DNA of 64,000 bases from the human T2T-CHM13v2.0 reference genome, Homo sapiens, in the NCBI RefSeq assembly GCF_009914755.1, contig NC_060942.1; one strand, written 5' to 3'. How positions within the stretch are numbered: position 1 is the first letter of the stretch; each line of letters starts with the position of its first letter. The notes under the pieces are model-generated. The model did not search any database, was not told the DNA's origin, and worked only from the letters and a program-made list of their open reading frames with translations. The position numbers were made by a program, and so were the translations under genes. Shown here one piece after another: positions 17,833-31,489 of the stretch.

Positions 17833-18734
17833 CCAGTTAATTGTCATCTGATGTCGTTGAGACTATTACTTGATTTGCTCTTTAAAATCACCTTATGGAG
17901 TTTGTCTTTCCCCACCTAGAAGTTGTGATGTGCATGTGTATGTTCCAGTCAAATCCAATGCTTTATCCACTAGGAGGGACTTCTACAGTTTGTAGAAGTT
18001 GTGAACAAGGGGGAGAATGGTCATGAACGCTTTCGGGCTGTATTTCTCCATTGCCCCTTGCTTCTCCATTTTTCTGGACTATATTCCCTAAAGCCTAAAC
18101 TGTGTTTCTTACTGTGCCTAGGAACTGATCCTGCTAAATAAGAACAGTGTATGTATGTATGTGGAGGCTGAGAAGGACTTTCCAGTGAGAGTCAGAGTTA
18201 AATTTGACTTCACTTTCGCTTGGCTGCTACAGCTGAGTTTCCTCGTCTCACTACACGGTGAGGAGATACCCATCCAAGGCCATAAAACACTGAAAATTGT
18301 ATTTTTGAAAAGCCCAGCTGTTACATTGTATATAAAAATATTTTGTTTTATCGTCTCATTTTTTTCTGTTCACAGAGGCTAAAAGGTTGGGTCTTTGGTC
18401 AGTGGTAGAAAGTTTATTTGCTCTAGTCCCATTCTTCATTGTAGACTTCTAAAGAGGAATCACTGATAACACAGAATATGGGAAATTAGAGCCAAGTCAT
18501 CTTTTCTCATTAGCATTCTCAAAAGAAGACAGAGGAGGGAAAGAGAAAGAACTAGAAGGAACTGCCCATAAGAAAAATTTAACTCTTCAAATTTTCATAT
18601 AAAGGGGCTGAATTCGATGCCCTCAAAAGGCAACTAAGGGGCAGATATTACATATCTGGGGGAAGGATCAATACTGAGGGACTGCTGCTCATCTCCTAGG
18701 CCACTTGCATTAGGACAAGCTGTCTAAGTTACAT

Positions 18735-18950
18735 GGGGGTCACCTGACTGGCCAATGTTAAGGTCAGGATTTTGTTCCAGCAGGTGCAAAACCTGTTGTT
18801 TACTTAACAATGTTGGCAGCAGCAGCTGCTGCTGCTTGTGCTGTTTCAAAGCAATTAAAGAGTGTGCTGTTTTTGAGGAGGTTGCCAGGTGCTGGCTGCC
18901 CCGTGTGCTGTGACAGGCGGGGTGAAATTTCATGGAAACACCTGCCAGCC
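18735..18950. promoter_or_regulatory. Candidate enhancer (E-box/FOX/SOX/NR/MEIS motif cluster)
   Basis: Non-repetitive sequence with five CAGSTG-type E-boxes plus TGTTTAC, AACAATG, AGGTCA, TGACAG and CCAAT in ~210 bp. Based on motifs only. Confidence 0.35.
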
Positions 18951-20194
18951 TCCAAGACAGACCTGTACTAACTGGCTATTATGTACATAGCATTTAATCT
19001 TGTGTGGGTTTAGCTGACAGAGCAGGAAGTATGGCTATACCATCCTCCACCAAGGGCTGAAGTGATATGATATGTAAGCACTTTCTTACTTGCCATTGTT
19101 GACAAGCATATTTTGAGTAATAAGAGAATTTTATGACTTTACATTTATCAGCTATGTTTGGAGAACATAGAAACACCTCAAATAGAAAAATAGTGTTATT
19201 TAAAGACATAACATTTTAGTTATTAATTATCATTTACCAAACTGATTTATAAAACAATAGTGCTATCAAACAATTTTCTCCCAATGCTGAGAAGCTTCTC
19301 ACTATCTTTCGCTTTATTAACAACTTTCTTCTTAGAATAGCTGACTTGGGAAAAATACCTTAATTCTCATACTAGAAATAAAATAAATAAAAAGAATCAC
19401 CACAGCTTTTGAATTTATTTGTTTTGGGAAATATATATGTAACTTGGGGCCTTTAGTTTCCTTTTCACAAGCAATAGAAAATTCCTTGTGGAAGAAATAG
19501 AAACTTAAAAATTTTCTGAAGGTTAGATCACAACTTTCTTTTTGGTGAAGTAATCCCAGATGAACTCAGGAGACACATACAGACGTCCTTTTAAAACAAA
19601 CTTGCCAAGCCTTAGCCATCTACCATGAAAACGTTTTTCCATCAATTTTAGAATTGTAGAAACTCCATGAATTCAAAAAGGAGGTCCAGCGATGCTATCT
19701 TAAAGCTGTCTCCTATTTTTTTTTAAGTTTTCCATTGAAAATGTGCCTCATATTCTGTTCATAGACAAGGGAGCCATACAGAGCTAACAGTTTGAAGTAT
19801 CTGAAATGTATCTTCAACCTACCTACCCTGTATATACCCCTCTCTCCCATTTACTTTCCTCTATTAAAACTGCCCCCCCCAGAAGGAAATATAACTTATG
19901 CTTACTAAAGCATCAATGATAGCTATAGAATATTCTGTTACATCTCCCTAAAACATTTGCATTTTAGGGAAAAATAATATATATTAACTCAAAGGTAAAT
20001 ATTTTTTAAAAAACAAACATAATTCTGAAATGCTAACAAGAGTGCAGAGAAAGGAGGAATTTGGGAAGCAAAGGTATTTGTGGTTTGCATGCACATTATT
20101 CATAACTGTCCCGTTTGTTTCAATCTCCTTGATGAAGTCGATATGTCTTGCCTTGGGAGAGACTGTGTGTTGCATAGAGGAGCAGTAACTTGAG

Positions 20195-20370
20195 TCTCAG
20201 TTTGGCCAGTTGCCAACTGAGTCAATCTCCTTAAGCCTCTGTTCCTTCATCTGTAAAGATGGAGGTAACAATATCAACACCTTCAACAGAAGGCTGTTGA
20301 GGGAATTTCAGTTAAATGACAGTATATGAAAACATCCCGGATAGTACCTCTCACAAGTTAAGGCACTAGA
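20195..20370 (+). mobile_element. MIR SINE
   Basis: MIR core aagcctctgttccttcatctgtaaagatggaggtaacaata. Confidence 0.7.
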
Positions 20371-21489
20371 AAAAAATGTGATTTTTTTTCCTTTGGTTAA
20401 ATTCAAATATTTTTGAGCAGACCAAGTTCATTCTAGGAGCACCTTTGTTGGTTCATATTCATTGAGGTGGAAAATGGCCACATCTTGGCATTTATAGTTG
20501 TAAGTGACCACTCAGAATATGATGTATTACTTTATGTGGAAAAGCCTTTTGTGTGAAATGTCTTTCATGCCCTCCTCCCCATCGTTCAAGGAAATAGTTC
20601 ATAACCATCTGATTTAATGCTCGTGAAACTCCAAGTTAGTTTTACTAACTATATCAAGCTTCATGTAACCTTCAACTTCCCGTTTCATCAGGCACAAACC
20701 TTCATTATTGTTCACCATTGTAATTAGGTAGCATTTTAAGACTGTCACAAAATAATTCAGAGGTTATTATACTGGAGGAAAAAAATGTGCTACTATTTCC
20801 AAGTTTCTGCCAGGATTCTACATTGCCTCTATCAAAAAATTTTTAAACCATGTTGAGAAGCTGATTTTTTTTAATCAGGAAAAGTACCAGGTGGCAAATA
20901 TACATTTTATGTAAAATAGAATTGACCTTTTGCATTGCTGAACACAGAAACAGAAGGATAAAAGGATATGGAGTTGAAGCAGATAGAATGCACACAGGAA
21001 AAGATAATTCTCTCCTCTGGCAGTCTAATGATATACCCCCTTAGGGATACTATAAGGATTTAATGTTATCAATATGGGATAGTTGATGTATGGAAAAAGC
21101 AGAACGGTGTTTTTATAAGAAATAACATAGCCAAATAAAAGTCATTTTCTTTGTAGGGGGTCAGAAGGAAAAAGAATAATGAACTAACTACATGGTGAGT
21201 AAAAATATTGTAAAGAAAATATAGAACATATATGTAGAGAAAAATATTTAAAAATGCATTTAGAAGACTCCTGCATTATATTCACCAATACTGGGAACAA
21301 TGGAGAAGTTGTTCCTTGTTTATTTTAGGTTTTAGAAAAACTCAAGGATGTGGGTTTGGCGCATGTCTGTTTTTGATGCTCATTACAATTTGAGGGTATT
21401 GCTTTGTCGTTTCATTGGTGTCAGCTGCAGGTAAACAAGTATACTGGATGTGAACTGGATAATACAGTATACTTGATGGAAATAGGATA

Positions 21490-21725
21490 TTGGATGGTTT
21501 AATGGTAAGATTAAAAGGGCCGACTTGAGCCAAACAGTCTGGCTTTGATTTATTTCAATTCCAGCTGTGTGCTCTGAGTGAGTTACTTACTTTTTCTCTT
21601 TATCGGTTTTGTCCTTACTGAAACGATATGAAATTTTATACCTCCCAGCATTACTGAAAAGATTAAATAGATAATTCAGATAAACTACCTAAAGCCTGGC
21701 TCTCAGTAAATAAACTCTAATTACT
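21490..21725 (+). mobile_element. MIR SINE (degenerate)
   Basis: cagctgtgtgctctgagtgagttactta...gcctggctctcagtaaataaactc. Confidence 0.55.
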
Positions 21726-21828
21726 GTCTATTGCTGATAGCTATTAAGATTAGATTATTACTCATTTATTTTCTTTTAGTGAGTAATTTTCTTTAAAGAA
21801 ATGATTTCTTTAAAAATCTACAACAGTT

Positions 21829-22127
21829 ATTTTCTTTTCTTTTTTCCCCAAGACGGAGTTTTGCTCTGTCACCCAGGTTGAAGTGCAGTGGCGTGATCTC
21901 GGCTCACTGCAACCTCCGCCTTCCGCTTCAAGCGATTCTCCTGCCTCAGCTCCCGAGGAACTGGGATTACAGGTGCCCACCACTGCGCCCAGCTAATTTT
22001 TGTATTTTTAGTAATGATGGGATTTCACCATGTTGGCCAGGCTGATCTCAAACTCCTGACAGCATGATCTGCCCGCCTCAGCCTCCTAAAGTGCTGGGAT
22101 TACAGGAGTGAGCCACCGCGCCCGGCC
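21829..22127 (-). mobile_element. AluS
   Basis: T-rich tail, agacggagttttgctctgtcaccc...gagccaccgcgcccggcc. Confidence 0.95.
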
Positions 22128-23819
22128 TTTCTTTCTTGCTTACTCTCTGAACTCCAAAATCCTGTATTTTTAGATATAAATGTGAAAACTTCATATTGCA
22201 AATGTATAATAGTTGTATCATTGTTGTTTTCGCTTCATGTACTAACTAATGAAGATGAAACCTAAATTTATATTCGAATATTAATATCTTAATACTTATG
22301 AACTTTCCATGTCAGGTAGTCAATAATCAAATCAATGTTGAGAAAACTGATTATAATAGTTAAAAGACTGATAGCAGTAATGATTAAGAACATGTGTGCA
22401 TGAGTGAAAAAGAACAGCTAATTAGACTAGATATAGTAAGTCTTATAAGGAAATTACCATCCAAGTTAGCTTAACTATTTTTGATTTACAGAAGAAAAAA
22501 TTCAAAATTGTGCCAAAAAAACACACAGAGTGTGATTTTGCATATGACAGTGAATGGATTGTGGTCTGCTAGAGGCAGTATTATATTTTGCTTGTCATAT
22601 ATAGACCCAGGGGTCCGAGTGCTTTTCTAACAGAGTAGCCCACATAATTTATCTGTTGATACATAAGGCTAGTCAGTTTATTTTCAGTTTAAATGAAAAT
22701 TTTCCATTTCCTCTAACAAGTATATACTGTATACTAAATTAAAAATACAGTGTTTGCATGCCTTATGAAGTTTGAGTGTTCTCTTCCCAGGAGATGAATA
22801 AGAACTATTTAATGTGTCAAGAAAAACAAACACAAAACTAACTTGCAATTCCCACTGAGTATCTCCTGAAGATTAGTGTTCTGTTTGTAGTATTATAACT
22901 AAGACATAGCAAGAGACAGAGCCTTCATAAATTTAAATAGGACCTTTATCCTTTCCATCTTGCGTCTTAGCATGTACATTGCTTACTCTGTGATCACTGA
23001 ATATAATATAAATATTATAACCTTGCAATCATAAAAATTTGAAATGCCAAGGAATTGGAAAATAATATTCTTTCCTTCCAAGCTAATAAAATATTTTTGT
23101 GACTTATAGTTTAATTTTAACAACACTGGATCAAAATTTTAAGACTGTAATTTTATTCTGCAAGATGTGAATATTAAACCCTTGTAAAACTTTTAATGTT
23201 ATGCAATCACTCAAGTGCTTAACCAACCATCTAAGAAAATCTCTCTCCTTCTTTTAGAGAAATCAAAAATATGGAATCAAAGCCAAGAGTTTACAACTTT
23301 GGATCACAAGGGAACAATTAGGAAGCTCCTCTTTAGGATTTATTAACTAACTCCAAAACAAGCCAACATTTTCCAGATATCAGGTTCCCTCCTTGGTGAA
23401 TCTTTTTGAATGAGGTTTACTGGGTGATATTTATGATTATACTGTATAAATATACATAGAAAAGAAAATCATGAGATTTTAAAAAGGGTGGTATAATGCT
23501 ATTCCAGGAATTACTTTTTCTAAGAGTTCAGGTTCTTGGGTAGCTGAACCATCATTTTGTCCACCTCTTCTATTTACTGCCCACAGATTCTTTAGTCCTG
23601 TCTACTTCAACAAGTCAATCAAAATGAATTATAAAGGGGAAGAAGGTATTCCTCACCTTACTTCAGTGTTGCAATTTTGGAGAATTGAGTTTTTGTTTCC
23701 CTGCTTAGTCCTCTCACTTTCTCCTTTTATCCTCTTCCTAATTAGCTCCCTCTCCCCAGTTATATACTATTAACATATATACAGTATAAGCATTTTAGGA
23801 GAAAGGAACAATGCCATTT

Positions 23820-24638
23820 AGTTTTGTTGCATAAATAGTAAATACTTTTTGTAAAAGAATCAAACAATACAAAAAATAGGCAAAGTAGAACACAATTTAA
23901 AAAATTTTTTTCTCCCCTAAACTGTAACTGTCATCCTAAGAGGTAACCATCACTAAAAATAAAGTTTGCTATGGAAACTTGCTATTCTTTATGTGTATTA
24001 TATCCACTTATACACGAACATGCTCGTACCATTCACATGATTGCATGACTTGTTTTTTTTTAAATGATACTTTAGAGATTTTTCCAAGTCTATATATATT
24101 ATTCTACTTTCTTCATTTTGCTAGCTCAATACTATTACAAGGTATAGATATACATTTATTTGACAGTATTTAAGGTAAAAGGTACAAAGAATAATGGTTA
24201 TAAAATCACTGTCCAGTTTAAGAAATAGTGTATTACCAACATTTTGGGAACTGGGTAACCCTCCCTGATTCCATCACACTCCCTCCCCATCCTCTTCCCT
24301 CCTCTATTAACGCCAACCCTGAATATGTGATGTATTATTACTTTGCATTTCTTTATATTTTCTTTATACTTTTATTACATATTTATGCATCCTTAAACAC
24401 AACATAATATTGATCTGACAGTTTCTAACCTTTATATAAGTAGTATCAAAATCAGTTCGCTTTTTCCCTCAGAAAAATATTTATTATATTTATCATTATT
24501 GAGATTGAAAGTTCTAGTTCATTAATTTTTAAATTTACTAATGTAAAATAATTTATTATATAACACAGATGTATTTATTCACATTGCTGGTAATGAACAT
24601 TCATGGATTTTCAGCTTTTAGAACTAAAGATAACATGC
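23820..24638 (-). mobile_element. Old L1ME 3'-end fragments
   Basis: Antisense L1ME-like text (aggtaaccatcact..., tgtattaccaacatttt..., gtatttattcacattgctggtaatgaacatt). Confidence 0.5.
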
Positions 24639-25897
24639 TGAGAACTTCCAGTTCTGGTCCAGCATGTGAAATGTTTGGAAGCTGTCATTCTCATCTTCAC
24701 AAAAGAACAAATTGAAGACCCACAACTCTTCTTAGATTCATCAAAGAGTTGAGGCCACAAAATGAATCACTGCCACCAAAATTGGAGAGATAGGTAAATA
24801 TGGAATATCAGAGCCCATTGGAGCAGAAACTCTGGTGCTGAAACATCCTCAGAAACAAGTATCAGGGTAGGAAAATTAAACTGTAATTGTTGAATTGCTG
24901 GAGATTCGGTATAGACATATTTGAAAGTTAGAAACTCAAGAGGGAGCCAGGCTTAGTGGGGGGTCCTACGCTTTTGTGACTTTTACCTCCAGAAGCCCTA
25001 CCAGATTCTCAAAGTAAAGATTAAAAGAATACTCGTTTGTTTACAGCAGGAGAAGGAGAAAAGTGGCCATATTAAAATATGCCCAAAGCATTCTGTTCTT
25101 AACAAAATCTTCCCTTGAAAGAAATTATTTTACCAAAGGCAAACTAACAGGACTTACCAGAGTCTAACTGACCAAGGGTAGGATAAATTCCCAACTCCAG
25201 CCCCCTCTAGACTTTCTGTCTCGTATAAGGGGGCACAAAATTGAAAGCACTGGTTAAGGTTACAGACTAGGGGCACAAGTTCATTAAAAGATTGAGACTT
25301 AATTTTAAGACTGTAGAATACTTCCGTGCTCCCTATGCCTTTCCACCACATCAATAGCACTTCTGTATATGACAGAAACGACAAGGAAGAACTGTATGTC
25401 TCAAACTTTATTTAAGACGTCTCTAGGGAAAAACCAAAGGCAATAGTGGAGACAGAAACAGGAACACCCATAAGAAATGTTAGCCTTTGACATTCACAAC
25501 TGCAGCTAACAGTAAATATAGCCTGTTAGTCAGATAAACATAAAACCTAATGCTGAAGACCTATTTACCTGAGTTCATTTTACTCAATACATTATGTTTG
25601 GCTATCAATAAGAAAGCAATGTCAACAGGAATTTCAAAAACTAAAATGCAGGGATAAAAAAGAACAAAATAGAACAGAATATCCAAAAACCATGGGACAA
25701 TTACAAAAAGTGTAAATATGTACAATGAGACTAACAGAAGGAGAAAAAAGAGAGGAAGAAATATTTGAAGCAATTTCTGAAATTTAAAAAAGTGAGACAC
25801 CAAACCACAATCCAGATAGCTCGGAACACAGCAGGATAAATGCAAAACAAACAAAACCACCTAAGAATATCACATTCAAACGGCAGAAAAACAATTA

Positions 25898-26178
25898 AGC
25901 CAGGCTCAGTGGAGGCTGAGGCGGACGGATCACTTGAGGCCGGGAGTTTGAGACCAGTCTGGGCCAACACAGCAGAACCCTGTCTCCACACAAAACAAAC
26001 AAACAAACAGAAAATATTAACTGGGTGTGGTGGCATGTTTCTGTAGTCCCAGCTACTAGGAAGGCTGAGATGGGAACACTACCTCAGCCCAGGGAGGTTG
26101 AGGCTGTGGTGACCCATCATCCCACCATTGCACTCCACCCCAGGGGACAAAGTGAGACACTGCCTCAAAAAAAAAAAA
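25898..26178 (+). mobile_element. AluJ with an internal 5' deletion
   Basis: gccaggctcagtggaggctgaggcgg... lacks the cctgtaatcccagcactttg segment. AluJ-type gaggttgaggctg; A tail. Confidence 0.85.
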
Positions 26179-27146
26179 AGGACTGAAATATTTAAAGTGC
26201 TGAAATTAAAAAAAAAAAAAAACCACCAACTTATAGGTTATCCCTCAAAACTGAAGAAAGAAGAAACAAAGGATTTTTCAGACAAAAATTTGCCAGGGAC
26301 TTTATTGCCAGTAAACCTGCCTTGCAAGAAACATTTACAGAATTTCTTTAGAAAAATAGTAAATTATATATATATATGTATATATGTATATGTATGTATA
26401 TATACATATATATGTCAAAATCTCAAATCTGCATAAAGATGGAAAGAGTTTTAGAGAAGAAATAGATAAATAAAATATTTTTCTGATTCTTAGTTGATTT
26501 TAAAGCCAATATTTTGCTCAAAATAACAGCAGTGATGTATAGCTTATGGATAAGTGAGATTAATATCAATGATGTTATAAGATAAAGGAAAGGAGACTGG
26601 GATATTACTGTTTGAAGGAGGAGTTGGATTCATTGCAAGTGTATATTGCACACTCAAAGGCAATGACTAAAAAATTTTTTTGAATAAGTTAGTTGGTATG
26701 CTAAGATGGGGAAAAATAGAATTATATAAAATATCAGTTAACATCAGAAAGGGCAGAAAAAAAGTAAAAGGCAAGAACAACAACAACAAAAAAAACCCAC
26801 AAGGAACAAAGACAACAAATAGAAAACAGTAAAAGCATGATAGATAAAAAACCAACTGTATCCATAATCACTTTAAATATCAATGGTCTAAATACACCAA
26901 TGAAAAGACAGAGACTGCCACAGTGAATAAAGAAAGTGGTTTTCTACACGAAAACCACTTTAAATATAAAGACACAGGTAGACTAAAAGTAAAGCGGGTA
27001 GAGAAAGTTATATAATGCTAACACTGAAAGACAGCTAGAGTAACTATATTAATTTCAGATAAAGCAGACATCAGAATAAGGAAATTTTCAGGGATAAAGA
27101 GAGGCATTACATAATGATAAAGTGGTCAGTCCTTTAAAAGGCATAA

Positions 27147-27496
27147 TGAGTTCATGTCCTTTGTAGGGACATGGATAAAACTGGAAACCATCATTCTCAG
27201 CAAACTGTTGCAAGGACAAAAAACCAAACACCGCATGTTCTCACTCATAGGTGGGAATTGAACAATGAGAACACATGGACACAGGAAGGGGAACATCACA
27301 CACCACCGGGGACTGTTGTGGGGTAGGGGGAGGGGGGAGGGATAGCATTAGGAGATATATCTAATGCTAAATGACAAGTTAATGGGTGCAGCACACCAAC
27401 ATGGCACATGTATATATATGTAACACACCTGCACGTTGTGCATATGTACCCTAAAACTTAAAGTATAATAATAATAAAATTTAAAAAAATCAAAAT
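27147..27496 (+). mobile_element. Heavily 5'-truncated L1PA3/4 (3' 350 bp)
   Basis: tgagttcatgtcctttgtaggg...cttaaagtataataataataaaa. TSD AAAAGGCATAA at 27136-27146 and 27497-27507, at a TTT/AAAA site. Confidence 0.93.
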
Positions 27497-27865
27497 AAAA
27501 GGCATAACAGTTTTTAATATGTATGTACCTAACAGTACGGTGTCAAAATACATGGGGCAAAACATGATACAAGTGCAAGGAGAAATAGATCAATCCATTA
27601 CTATATTTGGAGACATTAACACCCCTCTATCAGAAATGGACACAACAATCAGGCAGAAAATCAGCAAGGACATAGTTTAACTGAACAATATTATTTAAGT
27701 GGATCTTATTGACATCTATAAAATATTTCATCCAACAACAAAAAAATACCCATTCTTCTCAAGCTCACACATAACATTCACCAAGATAGACCATATTCTG
27801 GTCCATAAAACACACCTTAACATATTTAAAATATATATACTATATAAAGTATACACTCAGACCAT

Positions 27866-28265
27866 TTGTTAGTCCATTTTTGTCTTGCTACAACATAATA
27901 TCTGAGGCTGGGTAATTTATAGAGAAAGGAGGTTTATTTAGCTAATGATTCTGGCCACTGACAAGTCCAAGAGGATGACACCAGCATGTGCACAGCTTCA
28001 GGTGAGTGCCTTGTGCTGTATCACAATATAGCAGAGAAGCAGAAAGGTGAACAGGTATGTGCAAAGAGCCAGGGAACAAGGAGGCGGACCTGCCTTATAA
28101 CTACCTGTTCTTGTGGGTAGGTCATAAAGTCATAAAACAAGTCCATTCCTGTGAGAACTAATCCAGCCTCAGGAGAGCAAAAACTGACTCACCACCTGGA
28201 GCATGGCATCAATTTATTCATGCGGGACCTAAACACCTCTCACTAGGCTCCACCAGCCAACATGG
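27866..28265 (-). mobile_element. MST-type MaLR LTR
   Basis: ttagtccatttttgtcttgctacaacataatatctgaggctgggtaatttatagagaaaggaggtttatttagct. Confidence 0.75.
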
Positions 28266-29149
28266 AAAGCTCCATGGCATTCTATCTCTAGGGTGACCAA
28301 GAAAAAAAAGAGAAGGTACAAATCCACAAATTTCTAATATTCAAAATAAAGGGGGGGCATCACTACTAATCCCATGGACACTAAAATACTATGAACCACT
28401 CTAAGCCCACAAATTTAATAACCTAGATGAAATAGACCAATTCCTGGAAATACACAATCTACCAAAAGTCACACAAGAAATATATAATCTGAATAAGTCT
28501 GTATACATTAAATAAATCAAATACATTCTTAATAACCTTCCAAAACAGAAAGCAACCAGGACCAAATGGATACCCTGGTGAATTCTGTCAAACACTTGGA
28601 GAACAAAAAATACCAATTTTCTACATTCCTTTCCAGATAAAAGCAGAGGGAGTACTTCCTAACACATTCTATGAGTCCAGCATTACCCTAATACCAAAAC
28701 CAGAAAAAAATTACAAAAGGGAAAACTACAAACCAATATCTTTCATGAACATAGACGCAAAAATCCTCAGCAAAGTAGTAGCAAATCAAATCTAATAATG
28801 TATAAAAATATTTATACACCATGACCAGGTGGAATTTACTCCAGATAGAGAGGGCTAGTCTAATGTTTGAAAAAATCGGTTAATGTAATCTACCACATCA
28901 ATATGCTAAAGAAAAAATTATATAATCATATCAATAGATGCAAAAAATGGACATCTAATATGCATTAATGATAAAAATTCTGAGCTTATAAAACTGGAAG
29001 TAAACACCCTCATTTGAAAATAAATACCTACAAAAACCTAAACATCAGCTGTTTTTGGATGATGGGGTTCGTGGTAAGGCAAGTGAAATTTGAGGTGATT
29101 GCATTGTCAAACATCTTTTGCCATTAAAATGTCCAAAGGATAAAGCTGA

Positions 29150-29509
29150 TGTAACAGTTTGGGATGTCATAGCAAAAATATCATGAATTGCATAACTTAT
29201 GAACAACAGAAATTTATTTCTCACAGTTCTGAGAACTGGGACATCCAGATCAAGGCTCCTGCAGATTTTGTGTCTAGTAAGGGCTCATTCCTTACAGACA
29301 GTGCCTTTCAGCTGGGTCCTCATAAAGTGGAAGTAGTGAAGAAGCTTTCTAGGCCTGTTATATAAGGGCATTAATCCCATTTATAAGGGCTCCACCTTCA
29401 TGATCTAATCACCCCTCAAAGACCCCACCTCATAACACCATCACCTTGGGGTCTAGGATTTCATCATGTGAATTTGGAAGAAAAGGGGACAAAGAATCAG
29501 ACCGTAACA
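29150..29509 (-). mobile_element. MLT1A-type MaLR LTR
   Basis: aacaacagaaatttatttctcacagttctg...aatcagaccgtaaca. Near-TSD GCTGA/GATGA. Confidence 0.8.
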
Positions 29510-30819
29510 GATGATGTTGTGTAGGACACCATGGCAATAAATAATGCATTTAGTCACTTTAAGTGCAAAGGTCTGGCAAGAGCATATTGGAAAGGGGAGG
29601 CAAATTCACGTCTAGAATATATATTTATTCTCATGAGAATTGCAACCACTGCCAAAAGTGTTGCAAGGCAGGGGAAAATACCCTGATCTCTCTCTCCTTG
29701 CAACTCTCTATTTCTTCCTGTGACTGACACTAGCCAAACCCACATGGAAGTCAGAAAGTAGGGCTGCCAGTCTGCACAGAGCAATGCAGAGAAGGGTTCA
29801 GGAGGGGCGGAAAACAGAATAACTAAACATGTTCACATTCCTATAGTCTTCTACTTGCATAAATAATGTATGTTGCATTCTGAATCTGTTGATTCAGTCT
29901 CTAGTACTATATTAGGAAAAGTAAAACATTATTTCAAAGAGGAAAAGGGATCAGGCTTCCTGGGTATAAATTGTATGTCAGGCAAACCAAATCATGTCTT
30001 TCCTGATTGTTGTAGTAAACTGTCAACAAGCATGTTGCCAACTGGAGCTGGCCATAATAAATATAAATAGATCTTTCATGTAAAGAAGTAGCTATCATGG
30101 ACCCAGTATGGTTATTGATACTTGTTGCCTCTTTCAGAATAACCAAGTGCTGGAAGTCAAGTGATTGCTGTGAATGGAAATGTATTTTATTCACAATCAA
30201 ATGAAGTGTGGTAGGCCCAAAGCCAGAGAGTATTCTTTGATTGGACTCACTTAATTGCCCTAAATTTAGCTAGTTGAATTTTGTTAAGTATCATCATTTT
30301 CAATTTCTGAAATGGAGGCTTTGACATTTATCATAAAATCTCAGTTTTATTGCAGAGATATCATAAGGCTCATAAATATTTTCACCAAAAGCATTCTTTT
30401 TTGATTCAATACACTTAGCATATTGTGGATTCCCAGAGTATGTTATTATCAACAAGTTTCCCTGGCTGACATACATATTTGGAACCTTGAGAGGAAGTGG
30501 GAAAAGCAGTCACAAGTTGCCAGCAGTTCTTCTCCAGACAGAGGCTTCAACTCCCATTTTGGGTAGACTTTTATTTCTTGTTAAGAAATACTAGGTATGA
30601 TCCTTTTAGTTAAAGAAATATAAAACATACATCTATATACTATGAGGCAGAATGTCATTTCTGGCACAAACATAATACAGTTATACATTTATCTTGGCAA
30701 TATATCATTTAGATAGCGTTGAAACGACACTGAGGAATAAAATGTTTTTGTGTTTATTAGTCAAGCTCCTATTTTCCATAACTCCTACTATCTTCTAAAG
30801 TGATTAAAAGCACCAAGAG

Positions 30820-31485
30820 CTTTATATTTTGAACCAATTTTAGACTTAGATAAAAGTTGCAAAATAGTACAGAGTTCCTGTATATCCTTCTACCAGTTTT
30901 CTCTAATGTTAGTATCTTGTGTAATTGTAGCACAGGTATCAAAATCAAGAAATGAGCACTGGTATAATAATGATTAAACTACAATTTCATTTGGACCTGG
31001 ATTTACCAATTTCCTTATGAACATCCTTTTTCTTTTCCACTATCCAATCCAGAATCCAACATTGCATTTTGTTGTTATGCCTACTTAGTTTTCTCCAATC
31101 TGACATTTTTCTGAGTCTTTTCTCAAAATGTTTGAAGAATATTGGTCTGTTTTTTAATAGAATGTACCTCAATTTGAGTTTGATGTGTTCTGATTATCAG
31201 ATTGAGGTTATACATTTTTAGGAAGAGTATCACAGAAGTAATGTGACTTTCTCAGTGCCTCATCACATCACAAGTCATATAAGGTTGATATGCATTATAA
31301 ATGGTGATGTTAACCTTGGTCACTAGATGAAGGTTGTGTCTGTCACGTTTCCCACTTCCTAGTTTACCACGATATCCTTTCTTCTCAAACTTTCACCCTA
31401 TTGTGGGATCTTGCTTATAATAATTAATATTGCAGTGTTATGTTAGTGATTTTCTATTTCTCTTATACTTTTTACATTTATCAAT
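30820..31485 (-). mobile_element. L1MC-type 3' end
   Basis: aattttagacttagataaaagttgcaaaatagtacagagttcctgtatatcc. Confidence 0.75.
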
Positions 31486-31489
31486 TGGC

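Larger units (their letters stand above)
24640..29040 (+). mobile_element. Old L1MC/MD-type LINE-1 (5'UTR, ORF1, ORF2 5' half) carrying nested insertions
   Basis: gagaacttccagttctgg 5' end; ORF2-like ctttaaatatcaatggtctaaatacacca, ggagacattaacacccctct and accaggaccaaatgg. Confidence 0.8.

Noticed and set aside
21330-21435. Possible + strand exon (ttttag...CAG/GTAAAC)
   Set aside because: Splice-like words only. There is no recognisable protein or partner exons, and it needs RNA data.
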